Source: an uncultured Clostridia bacterium (GTDB lineage: Bacteria; Bacillota; Clostridia; TANB77; CAG-508). Taken from it: a stretch of 64,000 nt of DNA. Positions 10,548-20,554 of the stretch are shown piece after piece. Made by a program: the position numbers and the translations under genes. The notes beneath the pieces are model-generated. The model did no database searches, was not told where the DNA came from, and was given only the letters and a program-made list of their open reading frames with translations. The stretch is taken from the NCBI GenBank assembly GCA_949746675.1, contig CATKDT010000049.1:1214-65213 (forward strand), in the 5' to 3' direction. Numbering within the stretch: position 1 is the first letter of the stretch; every line of letters begins with the position of its first letter.

Positions 10548-11195
10548 TTATTTGTTTTTTCTTATTGCTAAAACTGCTCCTGCTACTATTACTACTAAAG
10601 CTATTCCTGCAACATATGCATATACTGGTGCACCTGTTTGTGGATATTTAACTTTTCCATCATCTGATGGTTTTGTTGTTCCTGTTGGAGCTGGTGTTTG
10701 TGTTCCTGTTGGAGCTGGTGTATCTGTTACGTCTGGAACTTCTGGTGTTGGTGTTGGTTCTGCTGCTTCAACTACTATTGTTGTTTTAACTGCTGGTAGT
10801 GTTTCTGCTGTTCCATTTGCTTTGAATTCAGTAACTTCAAAATTAGCTTCTTTATTTTCTGTTATATCAGCTTTTGCTTTGAATGTCATTTCAATTTTTC
10901 CTGTATTTACTGTTTGTGAAGTACTAGCAGCTGCTAAACTTAACACACCATTTCTATTTCCTACTTCTGGAGCTAAATCTCCTGATTTTGTTGTTACATA
11001 TTCTAATAAATCTGTATTGTATGCTAATTTTAAGTTGTATCTACTTGTATCTGTTGGTACAGATATTGTAACTGTTACATTTTCTCCTGCTTTTACTTCT
11101 GTTGGTACGCTCATTTCTGCTGCGTTAACATTTGTTCCTAATATAGCAACTAACATTGCTACTATTGTCATAATTCCTATAATTGTTTTTTTCAT
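10548..11195 (-). CDS. sortase-anchored cohesin-like scaffold protein
   Basis: Signal peptide, then a ~130-aa beta-rich domain with a cohesin-like strand pattern. A Pro/Thr linker follows. The C-terminal sorting signal is YPQTG + hydrophobic TM + RKNK. Confidence 0.7.
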   Translation of the reverse strand: MKKTIIGIMTIVAMLVAILGTNVNAAEMSVPTEVKAGENVTVTISVPTDTSRYNLKLAYNTDLLEYVTTKSGDLAPEVGNRNGVLSLAAASTSQTVNTGKIEMTFKAKADITENKEANFEVTEFKANGTAETLPAVKTTIVVEAAEPTPTPEVPDVTDTPAPTGTQTPAPTGTTKPSDDGKVKYPQTGAPVYAYVAGIALVVIVAGAVLAIRKNK

Positions 11196-11254
11196 TTTAA
11201 AATCCTCCTAAATTTTTGATTTTTTTCTTTTTTGTTTTTTGAGGTCCTCGTTTG

Positions 11255-11944
11255 CTATACCTCTCGAGCCTTGAATATACGTCTAGTTAATCCTCCTGGA
11301 TTGCAAGTTACCAAAGTTACTTCTCTCCTACCATTTGTATTTTGGTTAATACCTCTATCGGTATCGTCTGGCATTGACGTGAATATATCATAAATCTTGT
11401 ATGTAACACTTGAACCATCTGCTTTGTTGATTACATAAAATGTATCTCCAATACTTAGTTCTTTCAAGCGTCCAAACTGTGTGCTTATGTTATGTCCCGT
11501 TACTACCATATTCCCTGGCTTGTTTACTTTTGCACCATAGAAATGTGTTACTGAGAGTTTTAGTGCTTTATTAGTAGTTTGATTTAATATGGATTTTTTT
11601 ACACCAATCTTATCAATTACTATTTGCCCTATAACCTGATATCCTCCAATCTGGTCTGGGAAATCGTCTTGCGCTGGGCTTTTAGCTTCTTCCTCTGGAA
11701 CATCGTTTTCTTCCAGCATTTCAATTTCTTCATCTTCATCATCTATGATATTATTGGCTTCATTAACTATGTTCGTTTCGTTTTCGGCTTTATTTCCCAA
11801 GTGTTTATCTTTTATTACAGTGGCATATACTATTACACCCGTAATTAATAAGATTACTACTAATATTAAAGCTATTTTCTTTTTACTATTTTTTTTGCCT
11901 TCACGTTCTTTGGTATGCTTGCCTTTTGAAAAAGCTGTTCCCAC
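11255..11944 (-). CDS. sortase (class B/D-like)
   Basis: N-terminal TM anchor and acidic linker. Catalytic motifs VTGHN and TLVTC and a conserved Arg. Confidence 0.85.
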   Translation of the reverse strand: MGTAFSKGKHTKEREGKKNSKKKIALILVVILLITGVIVYATVIKDKHLGNKAENETNIVNEANNIIDDEDEEIEMLEENDVPEEEAKSPAQDDFPDQIGGYQVIGQIVIDKIGVKKSILNQTTNKALKLSVTHFYGAKVNKPGNMVVTGHNISTQFGRLKELSIGDTFYVINKADGSSVTYKIYDIFTSMPDDTDRGINQNTNGRREVTLVTCNPGGLTRRIFKAREV

Positions 11945-12043
11945 TTTGGCTTACACAATACACCTCCCTTCTTTTCTTTCGTTTGTCTGCTGATATTTTA
12001 TTCTATTGTATTATAAAAGTCAATACTTTTTCTTAATTTTTTT

Positions 12044-12150
12044 TTAACATTTTTTTCTTTTTTTGGCAATTTTGTAATATTTTTGTAACATTGAGTAAAA
12101 CAGTCGTTTTTCATTATTGTTTATTGCTGATTTTTCATTGTTTTTGTAAT
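12044..12150 (-). promoter_or_regulatory. array of phased T-tract repeats (TTTTTGTAA(C)AT / TTTTTCAT) upstream of sortase operon
   Basis: Direct repeats at ~10-11 bp phase. The same motif family appears at 16037-16111 and 28171-28200. Confidence 0.35.
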
Positions 12151-12179
12151 TTGACTAATTTTATGTTTATATTACATTA

Positions 12180-12209
12180 TAAAAAATAGTACCAATTTAA
12201 ATTGATACT
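12180..12209 (-). terminator. terminator of EPS operon
   Basis: agtaccaattt/aaattgatact hairpin followed by a T-run on the minus strand. Confidence 0.4.
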
Positions 12210-12217
12210 ATCTATAT

Positions 12218-12979
12218 TTATTTAAATCCCCAAAGTCTCTTTATATTTTCTGGTTCTTCTATTCTAATAAATTCATTATTTATTACTTTTTTTGGATTTT
12301 CTTCTGTTAATTCTATCATCTTAATTTTTTCAATTATCTTTGATAATTTTTTCATTATATCCTCTATTTGAGTGTATGTTGTCTTTGGTGCATGTGTATC
12401 AGTTCCTAAGAAATGTATTGCATTTGCTTTTAATAGCTTTATTATAGTTTGCTTTGATTTATTTCCATATTTACCTACTATACTTCCATAATTGGATTGT
12501 AACATAGCACCTTTTCTAACCCATTCTACTGCTATATTAGGATTTTCTCTAACTATATCATACCTTTCAGGATGTGCTATTATTGGCTTGTATTTTGAAG
12601 TTATTAATTCTTCTATTGTTCTGTCTAAATATAATACTTCTAAGTGCATTGGTATTTCAAATAGTACATATCTACTATTTGCAAGTGTTGGTATAGTTTG
12701 CTTTCTTATTAGTTCTGTTAAATTTGCACTTATAAATGCTTCTGCTCCATTATGCAATTTAACATTTATATTACTTTCACCTAGCTTCTTTTGTAAGCTT
12801 TCTATCATTTCTTGTCTTCTTATACTATTTACATCATATTCATTCTCAATATAATGTGAAGTTGTAATTATTTCTTTAAATCCTGCTTGTTCTGCTTCCT
12901 TAATCATTTGCATTGTTTGGTCCAAATTTCTTGAACCATCATCAATGCCTGGCAGAATATGCGTATGCATATCTATCAT
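12218..12979 (-). CDS. CpsB/YwqE-type tyrosine-protein phosphatase (PHP family)
   Basis: MIDMHTHILPGIDDGS N-terminus and PHP-domain His residues. Confidence 0.9.
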   Translation of the reverse strand: MIDMHTHILPGIDDGSRNLDQTMQMIKEAEQAGFKEIITTSHYIENEYDVNSIRRQEMIESLQKKLGESNINVKLHNGAEAFISANLTELIRKQTIPTLANSRYVLFEIPMHLEVLYLDRTIEELITSKYKPIIAHPERYDIVRENPNIAVEWVRKGAMLQSNYGSIVGKYGNKSKQTIIKLLKANAIHFLGTDTHAPKTTYTQIEDIMKKLSKIIEKIKMIELTEENPKKVINNEFIRIEEPENIKRLWGFK

Positions 12980-13007
12980 TATTTATTTTCCCTTCATATA
13001 TTATGTA

Positions 13008-14018
13008 CTATTTATCATCCTCTTTTGAGTTAAATATGTCATACATTCCATTTATATTAGTTTCAATGTGTTTTGAATTAGATAAATTATTGTAACTATT
13101 TGGTTCATTGCTTGCATCATATAAATTAGTATAATTATTTTGATTTTTACTTAAGTCATGTTTAGTATAACTTTGCTCAAAATTTGGTTTGTAAGTATTA
13201 TTGTAACTATTATTAAATTTTATATCATCTGCTATTGAACGCATTTCATTTTCATTTTCTTTGTTTAATATTCTCTCTATTTTAAAACTTGGTATATCCT
13301 CTTTTTCTTCTCTATTATGTGTTTCATGTTGTGAATAATAATAATGGTTTTCATATTTTTTCTTAGATAATTTAACTTTATTTAATACTACACCTACTAC
13401 ACGTCCACCAACATTTTCAATTTGCTTTTTTGCTTCTTTTATATCATCAATTTTTGTGCTTTTTTGTGATGCTACTAATATTGTATAGTCAACATGTCTT
13501 GATAAAATTGCTGAGTCAGTAACTATTAGACATGGTGCACTATCTATTATAATTATATCAAATATTTCTTTTAACTGCTTTAGTAAATTTGTAGTTTTTT
13601 CAGAGTTTAAAAGCTCTGCTGGATTTGGTGGAATATTACCTGCTGGTATTACAAATAAATTGTCAACATCTGTTGTCTGTAGACATAATTTTATGTCAAT
13701 ATTTTTTTCTATTCCTCCACTTGTCATTCCTGATAAATAATTTGATAGCCCTGGATACATATCTACACCAAATATATTATTTTGACGTGGTCTTCTCATA
13801 TCTGCGTCTATTAATACTACTTTTTTCCCAGTTTGTGCAAATGTGATTGCAGTATTAGCTGCAATCCATGATTTTCCTTCTCCTTGTACTGTACTTGTGA
13901 ACAATACTGATTCTCCGTTTTCCTTTTTTCCCATATATTGAATATTAGTTCTTAATATTCTAAATGCTTCTGATACTGGTGACTTAGGATCTAGTTTGGT
14001 TATTAATTCCTTTTTCAC
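13008..14018 (-). CDS. BY-kinase (CpsD/CapB-like tyrosine autokinase) with Asn/Tyr-rich C-terminal tail
   Basis: Walker A GEGKSW, DxD, and a C-terminal Tyr cluster. Confidence 0.9.
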   Translation of the reverse strand: MKKELITKLDPKSPVSEAFRILRTNIQYMGKKENGESVLFTSTVQGEGKSWIAANTAITFAQTGKKVVLIDADMRRPRQNNIFGVDMYPGLSNYLSGMTSGGIEKNIDIKLCLQTTDVDNLFVIPAGNIPPNPAELLNSEKTTNLLKQLKEIFDIIIIDSAPCLIVTDSAILSRHVDYTILVASQKSTKIDDIKEAKKQIENVGGRVVGVVLNKVKLSKKKYENHYYYSQHETHNREEKEDIPSFKIERILNKENENEMRSIADDIKFNNSYNNTYKPNFEQSYTKHDLSKNQNNYTNLYDASNEPNSYNNLSNSKHIETNINGMYDIFNSKEDDK

Positions 14019-14172
14019 TTGTTTTTCCTCACATAATATATTTATAAATATATTCTTTCTTTTCTATTTTTTATTATGTTAATCTCATATTGAATTTATA
14101 CTTTTTAAATCACATTTTATTTATATTAAAATTTTACTTTTTATATATTTTCAATATTAATAGCTTGTATTT

Positions 14173-14868
14173 TTAGTTAAATTTTACTAATGGTAATTCT
14201 GATAATACTGGAAGTCCTAGCTCTCTTTCTATATCTTTTGCACTATTAATTGTGTTATCAAGTAGTTTTATTAACGTAAGTATTCCTACTGATAATACAA
14301 GTCCTATTCCTGCTGATATTGCAAATGTTTTCTTAGTATTTATATTACTTGGATATTCTGGTTGTTCTGCTTGATCTACTATATTTATGTTATCCATTTT
14401 ATACCATTCTTTTATTTGTTTTATAAATACATTTGTAAGTTCATTTGCTATTCTAGTTGCTCTATATGGATTTGTATCAGTAACTGACACCTGTATTACT
14501 TGTGTTCCTGTTTTTGATGTTACTTTTATCATAGATTTTAATTGGTTTTCATTTACATCTGTCAAACTCAAATTGTCTAATACTTCCCTTACTACATTTG
14601 AACTTTGTGCTAATACCTGGTATGTTGCTATTAATTGATTATTTATAGTTATATCAGTTGTTGTTATTCCTTGTATGTCAACTGTACCAGAGTTAACTGC
14701 TTCGCTTGATTTTGCAAGTAGCATTGTTGCTGTAGCTGTGTATTTTTGCTCTTTAAACATTTTACTATAAGTAACTCCAATACTTGCACATAATACTACT
14801 GCTATTGCTATTATGTACCATCTTTGCGCATAAGATTTTAAAAATTCTTTAATATCAATTTCTTCCAT
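14173..14868 (-). CDS. Wzz/CpsC chain-length determinant (BY-kinase activator)
   Basis: Two TM helices flanking a periplasmic-type domain. Adjacent to the kinase. Confidence 0.8.
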   Translation of the reverse strand: MEEIDIKEFLKSYAQRWYIIAIAVVLCASIGVTYSKMFKEQKYTATATMLLAKSSEAVNSGTVDIQGITTTDITINNQLIATYQVLAQSSNVVREVLDNLSLTDVNENQLKSMIKVTSKTGTQVIQVSVTDTNPYRATRIANELTNVFIKQIKEWYKMDNINIVDQAEQPEYPSNINTKKTFAISAGIGLVLSVGILTLIKLLDNTINSAKDIERELGLPVLSELPLVKFN

Positions 14869-15176
14869 TTTTCTTTAATTCCTTTCACTCGTTTTTAATA
14901 AAAACGATTAAAGTATTTTTCAAATTAATATCTTTCCTATATTTTGGAATAAATATTAGTTTTTTGTTTTTTATCTTTTTTTCTCTAGTCAAATATTTTT
15001 ATACAATTTACATTTTAACATAGTAAATTTTAGTATGCAAGATTTTAGTAAAAAAAATAGCAAAAATTTTAAAATTCTTGCTATTTTATTTTTTACTTTT
15101 ATTAATTATTTTAGATTATTTTACTTGATAATTATTGATTCATCAGTGTATTATAATCACTATATTTTTTGTTTTA

Positions 15177-15884
15177 TTAGATTGCTCCAGTTCTTTTTAT
15201 TACTGTTGTTATTGTTTTTAATATTATTTTTAAGTCTAGTTTTAGACTTTTATTTTGTATGTAATATTGATCACATTGTAACCTTTTCTCAAAACTTGTA
15301 TTGTTTCTTCCATTTACTTGCCAATAACCAGTTATTCCTGGTTTACATTGGATTATGTATTTATAATATCCACCTATATCTTCTTTTTCTCTTATTAAAT
15401 ATGGTCTAGGTCCTACTAAGTGCATATGTCCCATCAAGACATTTAAAAATTGTGGAAATTCATCTAAACTTGTTTTTCTTAATATCTTTCCTACTTTTGT
15501 AATTCGTGGATCATTTCTTAGTTTTTTGTTTATTTTATATTCTTCTCTTGCTTCTTTATTTGAAGCTAAGTATTCTTCAAGTTTTTTATCAGCTCCTATA
15601 TACATTGTTCTAAATTTATAAAATCTAAATACTTTTCCATCTTTTCCTATTCGTAGCTGTTCATAAAAAATTGGTCCATCATGTTCATTTTTTATAAATC
15701 TTAAAGCTATTACAAATAGTGTAAGTGGTATTAATATTATTGTCCCTATAAGTCCTGCAACAATATCAAATAGTCTTTTTACTATATTATAAACTGTATT
15801 TTGAGATTTGGTTACTATAATATTTCTTTCTACTTCTTTATCTATTGTAGAATTAATTTTTGTAGCAACTTCTATCACAATCAA
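15177..15884 (-). CDS. undecaprenyl-phosphate sugar phosphotransferase (Bac_transf, priming enzyme)
   Basis: PGITGYWQVNGR motif and VGPRP motif. Confidence 0.9.
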   Translation of the reverse strand: MIVIEVATKINSTIDKEVERNIIVTKSQNTVYNIVKRLFDIVAGLIGTIILIPLTLFVIALRFIKNEHDGPIFYEQLRIGKDGKVFRFYKFRTMYIGADKKLEEYLASNKEAREEYKINKKLRNDPRITKVGKILRKTSLDEFPQFLNVLMGHMHLVGPRPYLIREKEDIGGYYKYIIQCKPGITGYWQVNGRNNTSFEKRLQCDQYYIQNKSLKLDLKIILKTITTVIKRTGAI

Positions 15885-16036
15885 TACCTCCCTCTTATTT
15901 TATTTTTACTTTATAAAATGGAACCTTTAGTTCCATATTTTTGTATAGACGTTTAACTTGTCCACTAAATTTATTATACACTATTTTGTCGATTATGTAA
16001 AGACTTTTTGCAAAAAAGATTGTTAATTTATGTTAT

Positions 16037-16111
16037 ATTTTTGTCATCTTTCCGTCATTTTTGTAACATTTTTGTCATTTTCCATTTTTAAGCATTGGTT
16101 TTTGACAATTT
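16037..16111 (-). promoter_or_regulatory. phased TTTTTGTCAT / TTTTTGTAACAT repeat array inside EPS locus
   Basis: 4-5 direct repeats at ~10-11 bp spacing in the 290-bp gap between the VanZ-like gene and the priming transferase. Confidence 0.35.
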
Positions 16112-16176
16112 CATTAATTTGGTATATCTTAGCAATTACCTTTTTGTGTTAATTTTTTATTTTGATTTAATATTTT

Positions 16177-16731
16177 TTATTTTTTTTGATGTATTAAAGT
16201 AATTATTTTATATATTATTTCAACAAATATAAAACTTACTGTTGCACCTAGTGTATCAATTAATACATCTGAAAATAGCCCTGCTCTTCCATCTACAAAT
16301 AGCTGATGGAATTCATCTGTACACGCATATAGAAAGCATACCATAATTGATATCATACAATATGTAAACTTGTATTCTTGTTTTACTTGGTATATCAAGT
16401 TTAATATCAACATGTATAATATAAAGTACACAGATGCATGAGCAAATTTACGTAGTACTTTGTTTAGCTCTAATATTAAGTTTTTGTTTTTAGATATATA
16501 TTGTAATTGTTGCGTTGTAGTATTGTTTTGTATGTTATTCTTTACATTATTTAAATTTGGTGTATTGTCATTGAAACTTGATTTTGCTTCAAATTTCTCT
16601 ATTGCTTTATTTACAATATTTAAACTCTGTTTATTTGATTCATCTGCTGGTACTGCAGAAAAGCAAAATATTACAGCCATCCATATTACTACAAGAATAG
16701 CTGATATAGTTATTTTTGTTTTTTGTTTCAT
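16177..16731 (-). CDS. VanZ-like membrane protein
   Basis: TM helices plus the C-terminal DEFHQLF...GR...D motif of the VanZ family. Confidence 0.55.
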   Translation of the reverse strand: MKQKTKITISAILVVIWMAVIFCFSAVPADESNKQSLNIVNKAIEKFEAKSSFNDNTPNLNNVKNNIQNNTTTQQLQYISKNKNLILELNKVLRKFAHASVYFILYMLILNLIYQVKQEYKFTYCMISIMVCFLYACTDEFHQLFVDGRAGLFSDVLIDTLGATVSFIFVEIIYKIITLIHQKK

Positions 16732-16757
16732 TTTGTCTCCTTAAGACTTTTTATTAA

Positions 16758-17900
16758 TTATTTTCTTTTAATAATCCTTTTTATCTTTCCTAAAGCCCTC
16801 TTTATTATATTATTATGAGATGTATATTTTTTTACCAGTTTATCAAATTTCATATTATCAATATTATCAAAAAACTTATCCCTATTTTTATTCATTCCTA
16901 CTGACTTGGTCATACTTGGATTGCACTTAATTGCTTCTTCAAAATTAACCTCTTGGTATATTATTTTGTTTTTTATCTTTTCAATTAATTCTTTTCCTTT
17001 GTTAGAATTTACAATTACTAATGATGTACCTTTATTATCATCCATTTCAGGTAATACATTTTCTATTCCCCAAAAATCGGCTAAAGTTATATCTGATATT
17101 CTATTTTTCTTTTTGAATAAACAGTTATAACATGAATCTCTTAGTGCTATGTCTTGTAAAAATGCTTTAATATATAAATCTTTATTATGATTATTTATAT
17201 ATTTATTATTATCATATTCAAAATTCACATTATATTCTTTCCAACCATTATCTTTATTTCTAAAGCTAATTTCTTGCAAATTTCCTTTATCTATTTCTTT
17301 TCTATATTCTTTGTATTTTTCCCAAACTTTAGGAGATGGTACACCATGGCAAATTATGTCTTGTGTATATAATTTATCATAATTTTTTCTAAGAAAACTT
17401 TTTAGCCCTTCTACTTGGCAAGGTGTTCCTGTAAATAAAACATATCTATTGTTTTCTAAAAATTCTCTTGCTTTTTTATATGTGTCTCCTATTGAGCTTT
17501 GTACATATTTTGATCCCCTAAATTTTCCTAGTTCTTTTTTGTTTTCAATATATGTGTGATAGACATTAAATTCTTCATCAAAGCTTGCTCCAAATATAAC
17601 TCCATCTCTTTCTAGTATCTCTTCTGCAATTAATGTAAAAATTCCACCTGATGAGCTTTTTTTCCTTACATTTTCATCCTTATTATATGCTGAATATGCT
17701 GTTGGCTTATTTTCGACTTTCTCATTATTTAATACTGGGCACACTTTTCTACAAAGTCCGCATTCTATACATTTTTCTTTATCTATTACTGGATATTTAA
17801 ATCCTTTTTCGTCTTCTTTCATTGTAATCGCATCTTTAGGACATACATTATAACAAGCATGACAACCACAACATGTACTTTTATCTTCTAAAACTTCCAT
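16758..17900 (-). CDS. coenzyme F420 hydrogenase/dehydrogenase beta-subunit-like protein with 2x[4Fe-4S] ferredoxin N-terminus
   Basis: CxxCxxCxxxCP appears twice. Such proteins typically partner with polysaccharide pyruvyl transferases in EPS loci. Confidence 0.65.
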   Translation of the reverse strand: MEVLEDKSTCCGCHACYNVCPKDAITMKEDEKGFKYPVIDKEKCIECGLCRKVCPVLNNEKVENKPTAYSAYNKDENVRKKSSSGGIFTLIAEEILERDGVIFGASFDEEFNVYHTYIENKKELGKFRGSKYVQSSIGDTYKKAREFLENNRYVLFTGTPCQVEGLKSFLRKNYDKLYTQDIICHGVPSPKVWEKYKEYRKEIDKGNLQEISFRNKDNGWKEYNVNFEYDNNKYINNHNKDLYIKAFLQDIALRDSCYNCLFKKKNRISDITLADFWGIENVLPEMDDNKGTSLVIVNSNKGKELIEKIKNKIIYQEVNFEEAIKCNPSMTKSVGMNKNRDKFFDNIDNMKFDKLVKKYTSHNNIIKRALGKIKRIIKRK

Positions 17901-17939
17901 ATTAAATTAGCCCTTTCTCTTAAGTAAATAACACAAATA

Positions 17940-19469
17940 TTATTGTGTTATTTTACTTATTATTTTGTTTATTGGCTTTTTAAATAATTCTTTTTCTTCT
18001 TCATTCGTTCCATATCTTCCCATAATTAGTATATATATTGTGACATATATACATGCATCTATGCACCACATAATTTTATTATTAATTGGCATAATCTTTT
18101 TTAATAACATTCCTAATATAAACGTTATAATTACTGGTATAGTCATTTCAAATATATTTTTCCAAAATTTTGGAATATCTATACGTGTCTTTTTATAATA
18201 GAAGATATTCATAAAGATTATTTGTCCAATTATTATTGATAGTGCTGTTCCTATTGCTGCTCCAACTCCTCCCCATAATTTAGCTAGGAATATTGTAATT
18301 ATTAAGTTAAATATTGCAAAGAACAGTAACACCATTACTCTAAACTTATATTGATTTTTTGCCTGTATTATACTTAAACCTACATTCTGTATCAATGGTA
18401 CAGTTAATGGTAACATTAATATAGCTCCTATAATATATGCTTCACTATACTCTGGTCCTACCCACATAAGGTTAATGAATTCTTGTCCAAATAGCAAATA
18501 TGCTGACATTATTAATGCCATAACTAAGTATTGTATTCTACCAGTTTTTATAAATACTTTTGTAAATTCTTCATCACTTGCCTTATTCTGTTCCATTCGT
18601 GCAACTTTAGGAAGCATTACTCCAGAAATTGCTGTTGAAAATCCTAAATACATTTGATTTAATTGACTTGCAACTGAGTATATTGCAACTACCACAGTAC
18701 CACTTACAACACCTAATATAAATTGATCAACTTGCCAATTTATTTTATCCATAATACTATTTAAGAATATCCATACAGAATATGCCATTATCTCTTTTAA
18801 TAATTTTTTGTCTAACTTTCCAAAACGTAATTTAGTATGTAATTTTTTCTTACAGAAAAATGTATTTAATAAAAGTGTTCCTATATTTAATATAGTTGTT
18901 AAAACAACTAATGCTATTGCTCTATATCCAAATTTTAATAATATTAACATTATGATTGGATTTAATATAATTCTCATTAAATTCAAAGTTTTTGCAAATA
19001 CAAATTTTTCATACGCTGTTATTATTGATGAAAATACACTAAATGGAAATGTTATAGCCAAATTTAATGTTAATATTCCCATTAAAATTTTAGCTTTTTG
19101 TAATTCTTCTACTGTCATTGATTTTCCAAATAGCTTGTCTACATTAGCCCATAAAATTACACCTATAATTCCTGCAATTATACCTATTAAAATATATATT
19201 AAAAAAAACATTCCATGTAACTTTGCTTCTTTTGCTTTATCTTTCTTTTCTCTATATCTTGCAGTGTATATAACTATTGCATTACCAAATCCAAAATCTA
19301 ATATTGTTAAATATGATATTATTGATGTTACTAACGAATATAGACCATATTCTGATTGTCCTAAAGTTTTTGTTAACACTGGTGTATACACTATACCTAT
19401 TAACATATTGGATATTATTGTTATATATGATAATACTGCTCCTACTTTTATCTGGCTATTTTCTTTCAA
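17940..19469 (-). CDS. Wzx-type oligosaccharide flippase (MOP/PST family)
   Basis: 509 aa with ~14 TM helices. Confidence 0.75.
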   Translation of the reverse strand: MKENSQIKVGAVLSYITIISNMLIGIVYTPVLTKTLGQSEYGLYSLVTSIISYLTILDFGFGNAIVIYTARYREKKDKAKEAKLHGMFFLIYILIGIIAGIIGVILWANVDKLFGKSMTVEELQKAKILMGILTLNLAITFPFSVFSSIITAYEKFVFAKTLNLMRIILNPIIMLILLKFGYRAIALVVLTTILNIGTLLLNTFFCKKKLHTKLRFGKLDKKLLKEIMAYSVWIFLNSIMDKINWQVDQFILGVVSGTVVVAIYSVASQLNQMYLGFSTAISGVMLPKVARMEQNKASDEEFTKVFIKTGRIQYLVMALIMSAYLLFGQEFINLMWVGPEYSEAYIIGAILMLPLTVPLIQNVGLSIIQAKNQYKFRVMVLLFFAIFNLIITIFLAKLWGGVGAAIGTALSIIIGQIIFMNIFYYKKTRIDIPKFWKNIFEMTIPVIITFILGMLLKKIMPINNKIMWCIDACIYVTIYILIMGRYGTNEEEKELFKKPINKIISKITQ

Positions 19470-20538
19470 TTTTGTTCTCCTCTACATTTAGTGCTTTATT
19501 TAAAAATTCATTTGTTCTCTTTCTTTCTTCTTCTAGTATTTCATATACATTACTATAATCACATTTTAGTTGTTCTTGTAATATCTTATTATTATATCTC
19601 CTGTCTTGCAAATGAAACTTATTTAATAAAGTATCTATCCTTGAATTCATACTTACATTATTATCTTCCCTTTCAAATACTATGAATGGTCTATTATAAA
19701 GTATTGAAAATACACAAGCATGGAATGAATCTGTACATATTAAAAATGCATTTTTTTCTAAATATAAAAATTCTGCTGGTCCAGTTTTATAAAATGGTGA
19801 ATTGCTATCTAACATATTAATTATCTTACATCCATTTTCTTTTGCAATCCTATCTATTTCATTTTTTCTTTTCTCTGATAATTCACCTAGAAAATAATTT
19901 AATATATATTTATCTGTTTTTAATTGTTCTGGCTTATTAGATACATTGTCCCATTCCTCAGCTGTTAATAACATCGTTGGGTCAACTAATACCTCAACAT
20001 CTTTTCTCCCTGTTAAGTCTTCTACTATTTTCTTTCCTGCTTCTTCTCTGACCGATATTTCTTTAAACTGCATTAATGCATCTTTTGCTTTCTTCTTGTA
20101 TTGTTCTGGTAATTCGCTAATCCCAAAGCTCGCAGAAAATGAAATTTTGTTTGTGCAATCAATATTACTTAATAAATCAAAGTTAGTTAATCGTCCTATT
20201 TTTGGATTCCAAACTTGATCACTTCCAACAATAAGATAATCAAATTCATTTAGATTATTAAAACCATTTAAATAAAATACTTTTTTTGTTTCTTCTATAT
20301 TTTCATTAAATTTAGCAAAGCACATTTTCCTTTCATTTTTTATTATAATTGTTTTAATTCTTGATAATAGATAATGTAATTTGTTTTTTATACTTAAACT
20401 TTTATTTAAATATCCAATATTTTTTATGGTTTTTACATCATAATAGTACTTCATAATATATTGTTGTACAGCATAATTCTGTAATCTATTTCCATAATTA
20501 TTGTAATCGTTTATAGTTATAATTCCTATCTTTTTCAT
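19456..20538 (-). CDS. polysaccharide pyruvyl transferase (CsaB/WcaK-like)
   Basis: MKKIGIITINDYNNYGNRLQNYA N-terminus. ~360 aa. Confidence 0.65.
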   Translation of the reverse strand: MKKIGIITINDYNNYGNRLQNYAVQQYIMKYYYDVKTIKNIGYLNKSLSIKNKLHYLLSRIKTIIIKNERKMCFAKFNENIEETKKVFYLNGFNNLNEFDYLIVGSDQVWNPKIGRLTNFDLLSNIDCTNKISFSASFGISELPEQYKKKAKDALMQFKEISVREEAGKKIVEDLTGRKDVEVLVDPTMLLTAEEWDNVSNKPEQLKTDKYILNYFLGELSEKRKNEIDRIAKENGCKIINMLDSNSPFYKTGPAEFLYLEKNAFLICTDSFHACVFSILYNRPFIVFEREDNNVSMNSRIDTLLNKFHLQDRRYNNKILQEQLKCDYSNVYEILEEERKRTNEFLNKALNVEENKIERK

Positions 20539-20554
20539 ATCTTCTCCTAAATTA

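Noticed and set aside
10552-11211. Plus-strand 219-aa ORF over the cohesin-like gene
   Set aside because: Antisense shadow. The minus-strand ORF has a signal peptide, an SD and a sortase signal.
15053-15086. AT-rich 10-bp palindrome (aaaatagcaa...ttgctatttt) between the priming transferase and wzz1 as an intra-operon terminator
   Set aside because: The stem is almost pure A/T, so it is weak. It is reported only as a possible attenuator, not as a feature.
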